DNA from: Macrostomum lignano
Taxonomy: Eukaryota
Direction of reading: 5' to 3'
Length of the DNA stretch: 64,000 bases
NCBI GenBank assembly: GCA_002269645.1
Contig: NIVC01000179.1
Coordinates: 110,111 to 174,110 of the forward strand
How positions within the stretch are numbered: the stretch's first letter is position 1; each line of letters begins with the position of its first letter. Both the position numbers and the translations under genes were made by a program. Of the stretch, positions 24,831 to 37,103 are shown piece after piece. The notes under the pieces were generated by a model, which was not told where the DNA came from, searched no databases, and saw only the letters and a list, made by a program, of their open reading frames with translations.

Positions 24831-27800
24831 CTAGCTTGACCCCGAGACGGCGGCTGTTGGCGGCGGAGGCAGCGGTCGCATGTCTCGAATCTCCTTCATC
24901 AAGTACTGCTTCTCGTCGTTAAACTGGCTGTCATGCTGCCTGTCCGTCTGGAAGTTCTGCAGAAAGTCAACCAGCTTGTCCTGATTCTGCACCAGGATGT
25001 TCTGCACCGAGCGGGGCTTGTTCGGATTCGCCACGAATACCTAGGCGGGTTGTTGAGCACTGAATAATGATTGCCCTGCTGACTCACTCACACTGATGAT
25101 TGCCATGCTGACTCACTCACACTGATGATTGCCATGCTGACTCACTCACACTGATGACTGCCATGCTGACTCACTCACACTGATGATTGCCATGCTGACT
25201 CACTCACACTGATGACTGCCATGCTGACTCACTCACACTGATGATTGCCATGCTGACTCACTCACACTGATGACTGCCATGCTGACTCACTCACTCACAC
25301 TGATGATTGCCATGCTGACTCACTCACACTGATGATTGCCATGCTGACTCACTCACACTGATGACTGCCATGCTGACTCACTCACACTGATGATTGCCAT
25401 GCTGACTCACTCACACTGATGACTGCCATGCTGACTCACTCACACTGATGATTGCCATGCTGACTCACTCACTCACACTGATGAGTGCCATGCTGACTCA
25501 CTCACTCACACTGATGATTGCCATGCTGACTCACTCACACTGATGATTGCCATGCTGACTCACTCACTCACACTGATGAGTGCCATGCTGACTCACTCAC
25601 TCACACTGATGAGTGCCATGCTGACTCACTAACTCACACTGATGAGTGCCATGCTGACTCACTCACTCACACTGATGCTTGCCATGCTGACTCACTCACA
25701 CTGATGATTGCCATGCTGACTCACTCACACTGATGACTGCCATGCTGACTCACTCACACTGATGATTGCCATGCTGACTCACTCACACTGATGATTGCCA
25801 TGCTGACTCACTCACACTGATGATTGCCATGCTGACTCACTCACACTGATGATTGCCATGCTGACTCACTCACACTGATGATTGCCATGCTGACTCACTC
25901 ACACTGATGATTGCCATGCTGACTCACTCACACTGATGATTGCCATGCTGACTCACTCACTCACACTGATGATTGCCATGCTGACTCACTCACTCACACT
26001 GATGATTGCCATGCTGACTCACTCACACTGATGATTGCCATGCTGACTCACTCACACTGATGCTTGCCATGCTGACTCACTCACACTGATGATTGCCATG
26101 CTGACTCACTCACTCACACTGATGATTGCCATGCTGACTCACTCACTCACACTGATGATTGCCATGCTGACTCACTCACACTGATGATTGCCATGCTGAC
26201 TCACTCACACTGATGATTGCCATGCTGACTCACTCACACTGATGATTGGCATGCTGACTCACTCACACTGATGATTGGCATGCTGACTCACTCACACTGA
26301 TGATTGCCATGCTGACTCACTCACTCACACTGATGATTGCCATGCTGACTCACTCACACTGATGATTGCCATGCTGACTCACTCACACTGATGATTGCCA
26401 TGCTGACTCACTCACTCACACTGATGATTGCCATGCTGACTCACCCACTCACACTGATGATTGCCATGCTGACTCACTCACTCACACTGATGAGTGCCAT
26501 GCTGACTCACTCACACTGATGATTGCCATGCTGACTCACTCACACTGATGCTTGCCATGCTGACTCACTCACTCACACTGATGCTTGCCATGCTGACTCA
26601 CACACACTGATGATTGCCATGCTGACTCACTCACTCACACTGATGCTTGCCATGCTGACTCACACACACTGATGATTGCCATGCTGACTCACTCACTCAC
26701 ACTGATGCTTGCCATGCTGACTCACTCACTCACACTGATGCTTGCCATGCTGACTCACTCACTCACACTGATGCTTGCCATGCTGACTCACTCACACTGA
26801 TGATTGCCATGCTGACTCACTCACTCACACTGATGATTGCCATGCTGACTCACACTGATGATTGCCATGCTGACTCACTCACACTGATGAGTGCCATGCT
26901 GACTCACTACACTGATGAGTGCCATGCTGACTCACTACACTGATGCCTGTCATGCTGACTCACTACACTGATGCCTGTCATGCTGACTCACTACACTGAT
27001 GCCTGTCAAGCTCGACTTACACGAAAATGGTCTACTGACCCACTCTACAAAGCGCTACCTTGACCCGGTGACTGCAATCGGAAAACATACCTTGAAGCAG
27101 TGGAATGCCTCGAATGCGATTTGCTTTTGCCGGCTCTTGAGCGCGTTCATAATCAGCTTGAGATGCTCAGCGCTAGCAATATACCGAGTCATTATGCCGT
27201 AGTTGTGCCGGTCCAACAGAATTTCGCCCAGCAACTACAAACCAAAGTTTTTGTTGCCAGGGTCTTTAGGATAAAAAAAAAGCATTATCAATGAGCGCTG
27301 AGGCAATTCTGCAAATTCCGCTGACTCCTGAGCAGGCCGTTGCTACTAGCAACAGACTGAGCTAGCAGTCAGTCACATGACCCACATCAAGCCTCACCTT
27401 AAGCGCCTGCCTCCTAGTTACGTAGTTGTCAGACTCTACCAGACCGCGGTAATTTTCAAAGAACTGGTCGAAATTCTTGTCTAGAAATCTGGCCACCATC
27501 GGCTTGTGCCTGGTGAGCAGGTCCCTCAGGGTGGTGAAGCCGTCCGAGCTGGTGTCAAATGCTGTGCCGTGTACGTGAGAGAACAGGCTGTAGAACCGGG
27601 CATCGTGCAGGAAAATCTCGGCGATCTTCTCGTGTCTGTGTGGTGAATTGGCAGCACTTAATAACACCCGGCTCATTATACATACATGTAGGACTACATG
27701 CCGTTATATGACTAACACAAGATTTGTGAGACAGCTCAAACCGTTTGCGGTTACCTTCTTGGTTACATTTTTACCTTTCTTTTATTCAAATATATAAGTA

Positions 27801-29763
27801 AGATTGTTTGGTGCCGTGAAAACTCCAACTAGCCTACTGAGTTAGTAGACAGTTAAGCGCCAACACAACGATCTTGGACGACTCTCTTGCGATTCTATGG
27901 TACAGCTCACGTGACGCGCTTGTGACACAACGGTCGCCTCTCCGTCGCATTAGACACATTAGAGTTGTTATTAAAAAGTTACAAGAGAACTCTTGGAAAA
28001 AAAACTTGGGTAGCAACGATGGAATTAAAGACGAGATTCACAGAGAGCCGGAAGCCCTACCAAAACACTAACTAGCCAGCTCAAATACTAAGCCGAACGC
28101 ACTGACCTGCAAGCCTCGCGCAACATGCCACCGAAGCTGACAGCGTGCTCAGGATTCTGGTAGCCATCGACCAGCATGTATAGCACCGACATGTTCCTTG
28201 TGATGTAGTCGACAGCTGGATACTTGTCTTCGATCCTCTTCGACATCAGCAGGGTGAACAGGTGCTCAACAAACTTAGCACTCTCAAAGTCGATCTTGTC
28301 AATATTTTCCAGCAGCATTGGGATCGCGGTCCGGTGCTCGTTGCAGAACATTTCGTGCGCCACTTCGGTCAGTGCCTCGCTGATTCGCAACTTCTCCGAG
28401 TTGGCATCAGACTCCTGCGGGGTGGGTTGGAAAGTGCAGCTAGCTGCTCTGCTTGTGGGATAGCTGTTTCCGGTGGGGCAAAAAGGCACACACGGGGAGG
28501 CAGCAGCCCCACCCACACCCGCCAAAGGCACACATAGGGAGGCAGCAGCCCCACCCACACCCGCCAAAGGCACACACGGGGAGGCAGCAGCCCCACCCAC
28601 ACCCGCCAAAGGCACACATAGGGAGGCAGCAGCCCCACCCACACCCGCCAAAGGCACACATAGGGAGGCAGCAGCCCCACCCACACCCGCCAAAGGCACA
28701 CATAGGGAGGCAGCAGCCCCACCCACACCCACCAAAGGCACACACGGGGAGGCAGCAGCCCCACCCACACCCGCCAAAGGCACACATAGGGAGGCAGCAG
28801 CCCCACCCACACCCGCCAAAGGCACACATAGGGAGGCAGCAGCCCCACCCACACCCGCCAAAGGCACACACGGGGAGGCAGCAGCCCCACCCACACCCGC
28901 CAAAGGCACACATAGGGAGGCAGCAGCCCCAGCCACACCCACTAAAGGCACACATAGGGAGGCAGCAGCCCCACCCACACCCGCCAAAGGCACACATAGG
29001 GAGGCAGCAGCCCCACCCACACCCGCCAAAGGCACACATAGGGAGGCAGCAGCCCCACCCACACCCGCCAAAGGCACACACGGGGAGGCAGCAGCCCCAC
29101 CCACACCCGCCAAAGGCACACATAGGGAGGCAGCAGCCCCACCCACACCCACTAAAGGCACACACGGGGAGGCAGCAGCCCCACCCACACCCACTAAAGG
29201 CACACATAGGGAGGCAGCAGCCCCACCCACACCCACTAAAGGCACACACGGGGAGGCAGCAGCCCCACCCACACCCGCCAAAGGCACACATAGGGAGGCA
29301 GCAGCCCCACCCACACCCGCCAAAGGCACACATAGGGAGGCAGCAGCCCCACCCACACCCGCCAAAGGCACACATAGGGAGGCAGCAGCCCCACCCACAC
29401 CCGCCAAAGGCACACATAGGGAGGCAGCAGCCCCACCCACACCCGCCAAAGGCACACACGGGGAGGCAGCAGCCCACCCACACCCGCCAAAGGCACACAT
29501 AGGGAGGTAGCAGCCCACCCACACCCACTAAAGGACCATTTAATAATTGTCACACAAACCTTTGAGCCATGCCCATGCTCAGCACGTTCAGTTAAAAGAG
29601 ACTTCAGGCCAGTCAAAGATTTGGCCACCTCCTCCTGGGCCTTCTTAATGTCCTTCTCCAATCGTTTGCTAGCAGTTGCATTGGCTTCATCAAGCGCACA
29701 CAGGCTGGCATACAGATGCACTACCAGATCCTTTGGTGATTTGTGCCTACCAAACTTCAACAT
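24831..29763 (-). CDS. CAB39: MO25 / calcium-binding protein 39 (5 exons: 29763-29560, 28414-28107, 27635-27398, 27234-27091, 25040-24831), ~367 aa
   Basis: Spliced sequence carries MO25 hallmarks: [96 protein letters not shown]. All GT-AG junctions are phase-compatible. Confidence 0.96.
25078..27005. repeat. 29/33-bp minisatellite (ATGCTGACTCACTCACACTGATGATTGCC)n filling MO25 intron 4, ~60 copies
   Basis: Direct tandem repeat; units vary by an extra CTCA; each unit contains TGACTCA. Confidence 0.97.
28485..29535. repeat. 42-bp minisatellite filling MO25 intron 1, ~25 copies
   Basis: Unit GGCACACATAGGGAGGCAGCAGCCCCACCCACACCCGCCAAA; accounts for overlapping long ORFs 28088-29528. Confidence 0.97.
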
Positions 29764-32700
29764 GACTGCCAATTATGTCTTTATAAAAGTAACATTGATA
29801 AATATTTTTATGGAAAAGAATAGATTATTGCCATAAGTATTTATAAATAAAAAACTGGTTCATATAAGCAATAGATTGTGGAATGAGCAAAAACATAAAA
29901 AATCCATAAAACATTATATTTTGTCAGCTTATCTTTTCATCCAATTTAGAATGCAAATCAATATAGGGCTGATAATTTTAAATATTAAGCAGATTGGAAC
30001 AGCTTTGCTTAGGATTTATGCTATCTATAATAGCCAAGTTTAGTATTTCTAAAAAATGAGTATATAGGATTCTTAGCTCTCTCTTTATATCAATTTTAAA
30101 ATGTCAAGAAACAAGAATCTATTTGCAAAACAAAAATAAAGCTATTGGCTACTATTTTGACCAATAGATAGCAACTTTTGTATGTATGTTGCAAATAGAA
30201 AAAGCCCTAAATAAATCCCATGGTTGCATATTTATGGTAGACTTATAATAAAATTTTAAAGCATTTGTAATTTAAATGACAAATCCTATATTTGTCTCAT
30301 GGCTAAAGATTGTATATGAAGAGGTCATCTAGATTATTCTTATTAGTGTTAAAGCTTTTAATTTTATTCAATATAATTTTCCATCTTTGTTTGATAAACG
30401 TTTTATAAGTTAGGGGCATAGGAATAGGATATTATACCATAGATAAGATTAAGATAGGATATCTATCAGTGGTAGATTTAGGGGGAGGCACATAGAAAAT
30501 GCACCTCCCTGTTAAACTAAAAAAATTTAATTTTTTACATGGAATGGAAAATATAAATTATATTTTATGAAACGATTCTCGCTCTCATCTTTCCTTTCTC
30601 TTATTTTATCTTTTCTGTCTTATCTCTGCTCATTTCTCTCTGCCCCCTCTCTCTCTCCCTCTTTTTCTCTTTTATCTCTCCTCCTCTCTCCCCTCTCCAT
30701 TCTCCTCTTTCCTGTCTGGCTCTGGGGGAATGAGTGAGTGAGTGGCACAAACAACAGAAAAAGCAGAAAAACTTCACACACTTACAGTTTCTTTTCTGAA
30801 TGAGTTACAGAGTTGTAACTTTACATTTAGACAGAGAATGAGTCAATGAAGAATTATGTCAAGTTTATAGTCAATTGCTTTACATGGAGCAAACTTATGG
30901 CAGCCAAAAGTTAGTCAATTTTGAAACCCCTTTTACACATCTGGGCCCAGATCATGAAAGAGAGGCAGGCAGCAGAGGTTGGGGTGGCTGTCTTGCTAAA
31001 AAAAGCAGCCTAACTTTAAAAGTGCACAGCGCTATTCAGGATTAACTTTGAGACTTGAAATCTTACACGATTGTATCAAAATAGTTAAACATAGTTTGTG
31101 TCCAATTTGAAGAGGATTGGTAAAAGTGGAACGGCACTATGGAGGATTAAGTGAAAAAATGTGCAATTTGAGCAGATTTTTATACTTTTAGATAGGAAGA
31201 CTTGAGTCTAGGAAATTTAAAGGAAGCCTAAGACATTTTCCGTAGTAAGTTTAGGGTGGGTGTAAAGTTTGGTAAAATTTGGTTGAGTGGTTTGGGAGTC
31301 CATAGCGATCAAAATTGTACATATAGACACACAGACTGAGTTTTGATTTTTATATGTAGAAATATAAATATCTGTATCCCCATTAATTTTTTTTGGATCC
31401 TACCTGATATCCATTCTTTAAGACTTCATAGTAATTCAATTGGTATCTTAATCTTAATTAAGGCTCTTAATCTTTTTTTGCTTAAGTGAGTCTAAAGTAT
31501 TAAAGTAAAGAAGTTGTAGAGTTAGATTTAAAAATAGGATAATAGGTAATAAAAGGCATAATTGTTTTAGGTCTAATATATAAGTCTTTCATACTAAAAA
31601 TGGTTTGTTATTATCTAAAATGATAATATCTAGCTTCTTTATTATAAATAATTTATAGGGAATAGTATAGAATATTTATTAGGCCTAATAGTAATACTTA
31701 AAGAAATACTAACACAGAGATAGATCTAGCCTCCAGGTTCTAGGGGGTAGGGGAAGCTAGAGGCCAGGGATTAATGCAGTTGTTTTGTCTACTATTAGTA
31801 TCAATTTGTCTAATAATGTTTATTGTTGGTAAACAAAATGATTATTCAATGATAGGTATGTGGTATATTAATTGTTTATTTTAGCATAATTAATAATTAT
31901 ATTATATATGTCGTAGGGGTATTCCCGTACGGTACAAAATCCTACCGCGGTAACCAAGTTGTTACAGGTGTTTTACCTCCCACTTTATCAATTTTAATCC
32001 CAACCGCTGATACCAAGTTGTCGTAGGCCTTTTGGCTCTCTATAAGAATTTCACCGTTATGCCACCAAAGTTGTACTAGGGGTGATTCTTTCTTCTTATA
32101 TTGATTTTACAAAGTCACCAAAAGCTATCACAGGGCTAATTTACTAATCTCTTAAGTTGGTAGCTGCCACCAGGATTATCCTATTAATAAATTGTGAGTT
32201 TATCAATCTTAGAATAATCCGAGAAATGTTTCTTAGAATAAGTCTGGGTATTTATTTAGTCTGAGTATTAGTCTGAGTATTATTCTGAGTATTATTCTGA
32301 GTACCAGTCTGAGTATTATTCTGAGTAAAACTGTTAGCCCTGAAAGGTGTACTCTTCTGATTATTCTGGTAGCGTTCTATTATTCTGGTAGCGTTCTACT
32401 TAATAATGGCCTGAGCGGTATTCTTGGCTTACTGGTATATGTATTTCATGTACTTTGCAAGTCCTTGGGCGTTACCGAGATCAGAGGGTCACAGCCTCCG
32501 GTTATTCTTATACTTATTACTTAAGAACTATTTCGTATTCTCTTACTACTCAATGCTGCTGCTTCTCAATAGTATATACTGTATACGCTTCAGTCTATTT
32601 CACTCTTACTTCTTAAAAAGAATCAACACAGAAAACACTTAGAACTTGAATTCTTATTTTCTCGGAACTCTTACTATTTGTTATCAACTATTTTGTTAGT

Positions 32701-35075
32701 GAACCGCGGTGCGCGAGGTTGGTTCTTCCTCCGCCAAATTTGCTTCTATTTATACTAAAATTTGCTACAGTTTTAAACAAAAATTCGTTAGTGCAAAATA
32801 TTATAGAAAATACGAGTATTAAAACAAAATATGTTTCTTAGTTTTGGCGTGAATTCAAATTGACTAAACGGTGACTATTTTATAAAAAAATTGGGAGGGG
32901 CCCTGCACATATATTATATAAAAGGTTTTCACCATACATTTTTGGCCTAGGCCTATAACTATAAGTAAGTATAACTATGCAAGGTCTATTTTCCTAGATA
33001 GGTTGTAGTGCTTGGTATAGGCCTAGCAATTGACCTATCCCATAACAAATTTACTGGATTTCCCCCTGGCCTAATATCAACATACTTATATTAACAATAA
33101 GCATTAACCCTAAGCTAATAACCAGTCACATTTAAGGCTCTATAAGTATAACTAAGTATAAGCTATAGGCCTAACTCCTAATGATTGAAGGGATACAGTA
33201 GTCGTAGACTGAATGGTGTGGTTGCAAGTTGCAAACAGACACAACAGTGCTTGTCTTGACCAAACTGGCATCACATCCAACAGAAGAAAACTAGGAAATA
33301 ATTTATTGAGCATTGCCGATGTCAAAAAATGAATTCTTCGGCTCTAATAAGTCTAATTAGCTAGGGAAATTGAGGATTGGAGCGCGTGAATTTAAGAATG
33401 TATGCAAATTCGGCGACAGAAATTTAGCATGGCCAAATTCGAAAGCAAATCGGCGACAAGTCTTTCTAAGTCTGATTTATTGATTGCAACCAAGGTACAA
33501 AAGTATAAGCCGTCTGCTGTCAGACCAACCCCCATCCTCTTCGTTAATAGTACAACACATGACTTCAACTAAGTATGAGGTGTGCATTGTCAGCTGAGCG
33601 CACTGCAGAAAAGTGTACATCAGAAATCAGAATGAGAACAGAGATACTGTCAATAGATAATACTGCTACACATGCATGTACATTTATATTTCTGTGGCAA
33701 AGAGACTTAAGGCCTTAAGACTCCAGCCAGACACTAAACTCTTGCATGACCTTTGATAGAAAAAAATTGTATCAAGAGCAAGGCAACGCGCGTCGTTGAG
33801 AATTAAACGAATATTTCTTGGAAAGCACATTTGAATTAAAGTTCAGGATAAATAATGGATGAAACAAATTCAATTAAAAAGGAAAGCTAATATGCATAAC
33901 CTAATACTATTGTACCAAAATAATTAATAAGATTATACAGAATTATTCCGTCGCTGAATTTGACGAGATTGTCAGCGAATTTGCTTTCGCCGAATTTGTC
34001 CATGGTGCAGTGAATCTCTGTCGCCGAATTTGTTTGTCGCCGAATTGGACAACACCCGAATTTAGTACGCTAGAAATTAAATTAAAAGGTCCAGAAAATT
34101 TTCTAGGAGGGGCCAAGCTATACCAAGCACTATATATACGATCCAATATTGAAAAATAGAGTTTGGATAGTTATATACCAAAAAAGTATTGCCAAATTTA
34201 TTTTTGGTCCGAGACTTCTTAACAACTAAAAGAGATGTTTAGTAGTTCTTGTTTTTGGCCACGGCTTAGAGGGGGTGGGGCATGGCTCCTTTTGCCCCCG
34301 CCTGGATCCGCGCCTCTGAATCTGCCAAAGGGCCAACCAAAGCAAAAATTTAATTAAAAACTCGTCTGTGTCTGACCTCAAGTGCCTCCTTACAGACAAA
34401 CTTTCTAAGAAAGAAGCAGTAAAACAGGGGCAGCATGTCAAAGTGCAGCTTTGTTTAGAAACAGTCAGTCAGACCGTTAATTTTCCGATTTCTTTCTTTT
34501 CTGATTTACGTACCTGAACTTTCTGATTTTTTCGGATAAAAAGTTTAAATTAATCGCAGGCTTTTCCAACATACGGCTTAAATTTGTGTACTATTAAATT
34601 TCTATTTATTTAGGCAATTAGGCGTAACTACCTGCGTTGAAATTTAACATTATTCGTGATAAGTGTCGACTAGTGTGGTGGGATACAGTTAGTAACTATC
34701 CGGTAGCTCGCTTTGGTGTGTCAAAAGGATATATTTCATATATTGGATAGTTTTTACATGCACATGTACATGTAGTGGTCCTTGGTAGGTGCACTGTCAA
34801 GGAATTAAGGGGTTAAACTTACGATTAATGAGTGATAAGCCAAACGAACCAAGCAAGGGGAAGGTTTTCATCCAATTAATTAGCCATTAACTGTTGTCAT
34901 ACATGGCTGATGTAGATATGAAAGTTCTCAATTTCTATTCTAGCTTTAATTAATTCTTCGATCTATATAATTCAAGAACAGTTCAAAATTTGCAATTCAA
35001 ATTCTTTCTCATCTTTAATGTTATGTTTATGTCAAGTTTGAGACTTAAGCCTATTTTGCGTCATCTTTTCCGTAA

Positions 35076-35379
35076 CCATAGAGGTAATGGCTAGAGTTCC
35101 GGCACCGGAACCCGTTTTCTAACAGCTAGGGATCCGGCAGTGCCGTATAGAAGCATATAAAGACTGCTAAGAACATATCTAAGAAGTCTGGATATTAGAA
35201 GCATCTCGTCCCGAATCTTATCATATTGTCTTAAATTTTAATCTAGAACAAAATCTCAATATCAGCCACATGTAGAAAGAAAAATATAATGTTCCATCTA
35301 TATTATAATGGCACTGCCGGATCCGTAGCCGTTAGAAAATGGGTTCCGGTGCCGGAACTCTAGCCATTGCCAACCATGG
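35076..35379. mobile_element. MITE with ~70-bp imperfect terminal inverted repeats
   Basis: Left end aatggctagagttccggcaccggaacccgttttctaacagctagggatccggcagtgcc is mirrored by ggcactgccggatccgtagccgttagaaaatgggttccggtgccggaactctagccatt at the right end; AT-rich non-coding centre. Confidence 0.85.
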
Positions 35380-35412
35380 AAGACATTATGTTCTATATTA
35401 GTTCACAAATGT

Positions 35413-35573
35413 CAGTGGCGGATACAGGATTTTTAAAGTAGAGGGCGGATTTGCCTAACTTTTTGGATTGGCCGAAAATTAAAATACACCTCCAATTATA
35501 TGCAAGTTCACCCCTGGCAAAACAAGGGGGGGGCAGTTGTCCCCCTTCGCCCCCGCCCTTGGATTCGCCACTG
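35413..35573. mobile_element. hAT-type MITE (161 bp) with 8-bp TSD ACAAATGT
   Basis: Termini cagtggcggatac...gattcgccactg; identical acaaatgt at 35405-35412 and 35574-35581. Confidence 0.85.
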
Positions 35574-35683
35574 ACAAATGTAGTTGGATAGCTTTCGGGA
35601 ATTGGTTCCGATGTAACCGATAAATGAATATTTCGGATATGAAAGGTCACAATAGGCTACATATACGAGCGTACATGTATCAA

Positions 35684-36904
35684 TCAGACTACCGTTAGTG
35701 GCAAATCATAATAGAGTGTCTCGTCTTGGTAGACTTCTAGCCAGCGGCGTCGTCTTTGTATAACTGCCGCAGTAATAGATAATTTTCGGCGCTGCCAGAG
35801 CCGAAAAGCACTACCAAAAGTTGCAGAAACAGCTCTGGACAGATCGCAGATTCCTTTGCTGTAAAACTGTATTGCGTCTTGACGGAACTGTGGTACCATC
35901 ACAGACAACACAAGAAAATTAGAAAAAAGCTGGACACCGAAACATACCCTGCTAAAGTACACCAATGACTCTTCATCAATTGGTCTGTAAATCTCTTGAG
36001 GCTGAGTCGCTAGCGAACCCTGTACTGATTGACTGCCGCCGGCTGATAAGAATCTGGCGTACATTAGACATCCGTGCAGCAAACCCGGGGTGCTGAGCAC
36101 AGCATGACCGAGACAACAAGCCAACAAACCCGTCCGCATTCGGATGAACAAGTCCACGTGGATTATTCGGTACTCAAGGCAGCGTCGACATTCTGGCTGG
36201 GGGCGTCTTTTGAATAACAGAAAAACGGTACATGCACTAACCACCGCGGTGACTGGCAGGATATCAGCGCATAAAATATCAATTGCTGGCCACAACCAAT
36301 CTGTGAATTCCTCTGTTATGGGCCAGCGTCGAGTCCATCCGCAGTGGTACACCTTGTCCAGATCATTTGTGGAACTGCCTCTGTCAACAGTTAAGGTCCA
36401 TGCAAAATGAGCATTGATAAGTGCTGCTAGTACAACCGATAGGAGTGCACAGTTCTTCACTCTGTCAGTGGAACCAGCGTTTGTGAAGCTGACTGGCTTC
36501 AAAAACATTCGTCTTGAGTCAAAAGCCATAGCGGCCTGTAAAAGCGATTTTAAGTGCAACAGACCGGAGTAAAGCATGGTTAACAGCTGACAGCTGGACT
36601 CGTCCATCACGAGCAGCGATAGCATTATCTTTAAATCGAATGCGGACTGAAACCAGAGGTCAAGGAAACGAATATATAGCAGAAGAGTGTCCAAGACAGT
36701 GATAACCAGCGCATAGTAGCAGATTGGAAGCTGAGTCGATGCGTAGCGCAACATTAGCCGACAGGTTGCCAGATTACAGACTGTGCCCATCAGCACTAAC
36801 AGCAGAGGCAGCGCTGTGTTGATTAAAGCGAACTGTTCGCTGCTGAAGTCGCCAGAGCAGATCAAAACTTCATGGCCTAGCTGCGACAGTGCAGGCTCCA
36901 CCAT
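35684..36904 (-). CDS. Orphan class A (rhodopsin-like, peptide-receptor type) GPCR, single exon
   Basis: ORF of about 406 aa (first ATG 36904) with seven hydrophobic segments, TM1 GxxxN (GTVCN), TM2 Asp (LDTL), Cys at the top of TM3 and in ECL2, a degenerate DRY (FDSRR) and TM7 SNF. Confidence 0.82.
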   Translation of the reverse strand: MVEPALSQLGHEVLICSGDFSSEQFALINTALPLLLVLMGTVCNLATCRLMLRYASTQLPICYYALVITVLDTLLLYIRFLDLWFQSAFDLKIMLSLLVMDESSCQLLTMLYSGLLHLKSLLQAAMAFDSRRMFLKPVSFTNAGSTDRVKNCALLSVVLAALINAHFAWTLTVDRGSSTNDLDKVYHCGWTRRWPITEEFTDWLWPAIDILCADILPVTAVVSACTVFLLFKRRPQPECRRCLEYRIIHVDLFIRMRTGLLACCLGHAVLSTPGLLHGCLMYARFLSAGGSQSVQGSLATQPQEIYRPIDEESLVYFSRVCFGVQLFSNFLVLSVMVPQFRQDAIQFYSKGICDLSRAVSATFGSAFRLWQRRKLSITAAVIQRRRRWLEVYQDETLYYDLPLTVV

Positions 36905-37103
36905 CGTCACGGACTCAATAATTTCGGGTCCAGCTGTTGTAGCGTTGCAAACTGGAGAGATGTATGATTGAAGAACTTTTGATCAAATAACCATAAATAA
37001 TTATTCTGTTTTAGTATCTAGCTCTCTAATGTCCTTTTACAATATATAATTTATCCACGCGAAAAGTGTAAGCGTAGAAGCGTTGACTTGTACTCCTAGA
37101 AAG

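Noticed and set aside
20308-27005. CRISPR-like arrays (30-bp and 29-bp repeats)
   Set aside because: Head-to-tail repeats with no unique spacers, no cas genes, and a eukaryotic context.
28369-29510. His/Pro-rich and Cys-rich 345-362-aa ORFs
   Set aside because: Alternative frames of the intronic 42-bp repeat; only the frame continuous with MO25 exon 2 is kept as a hypothesis.
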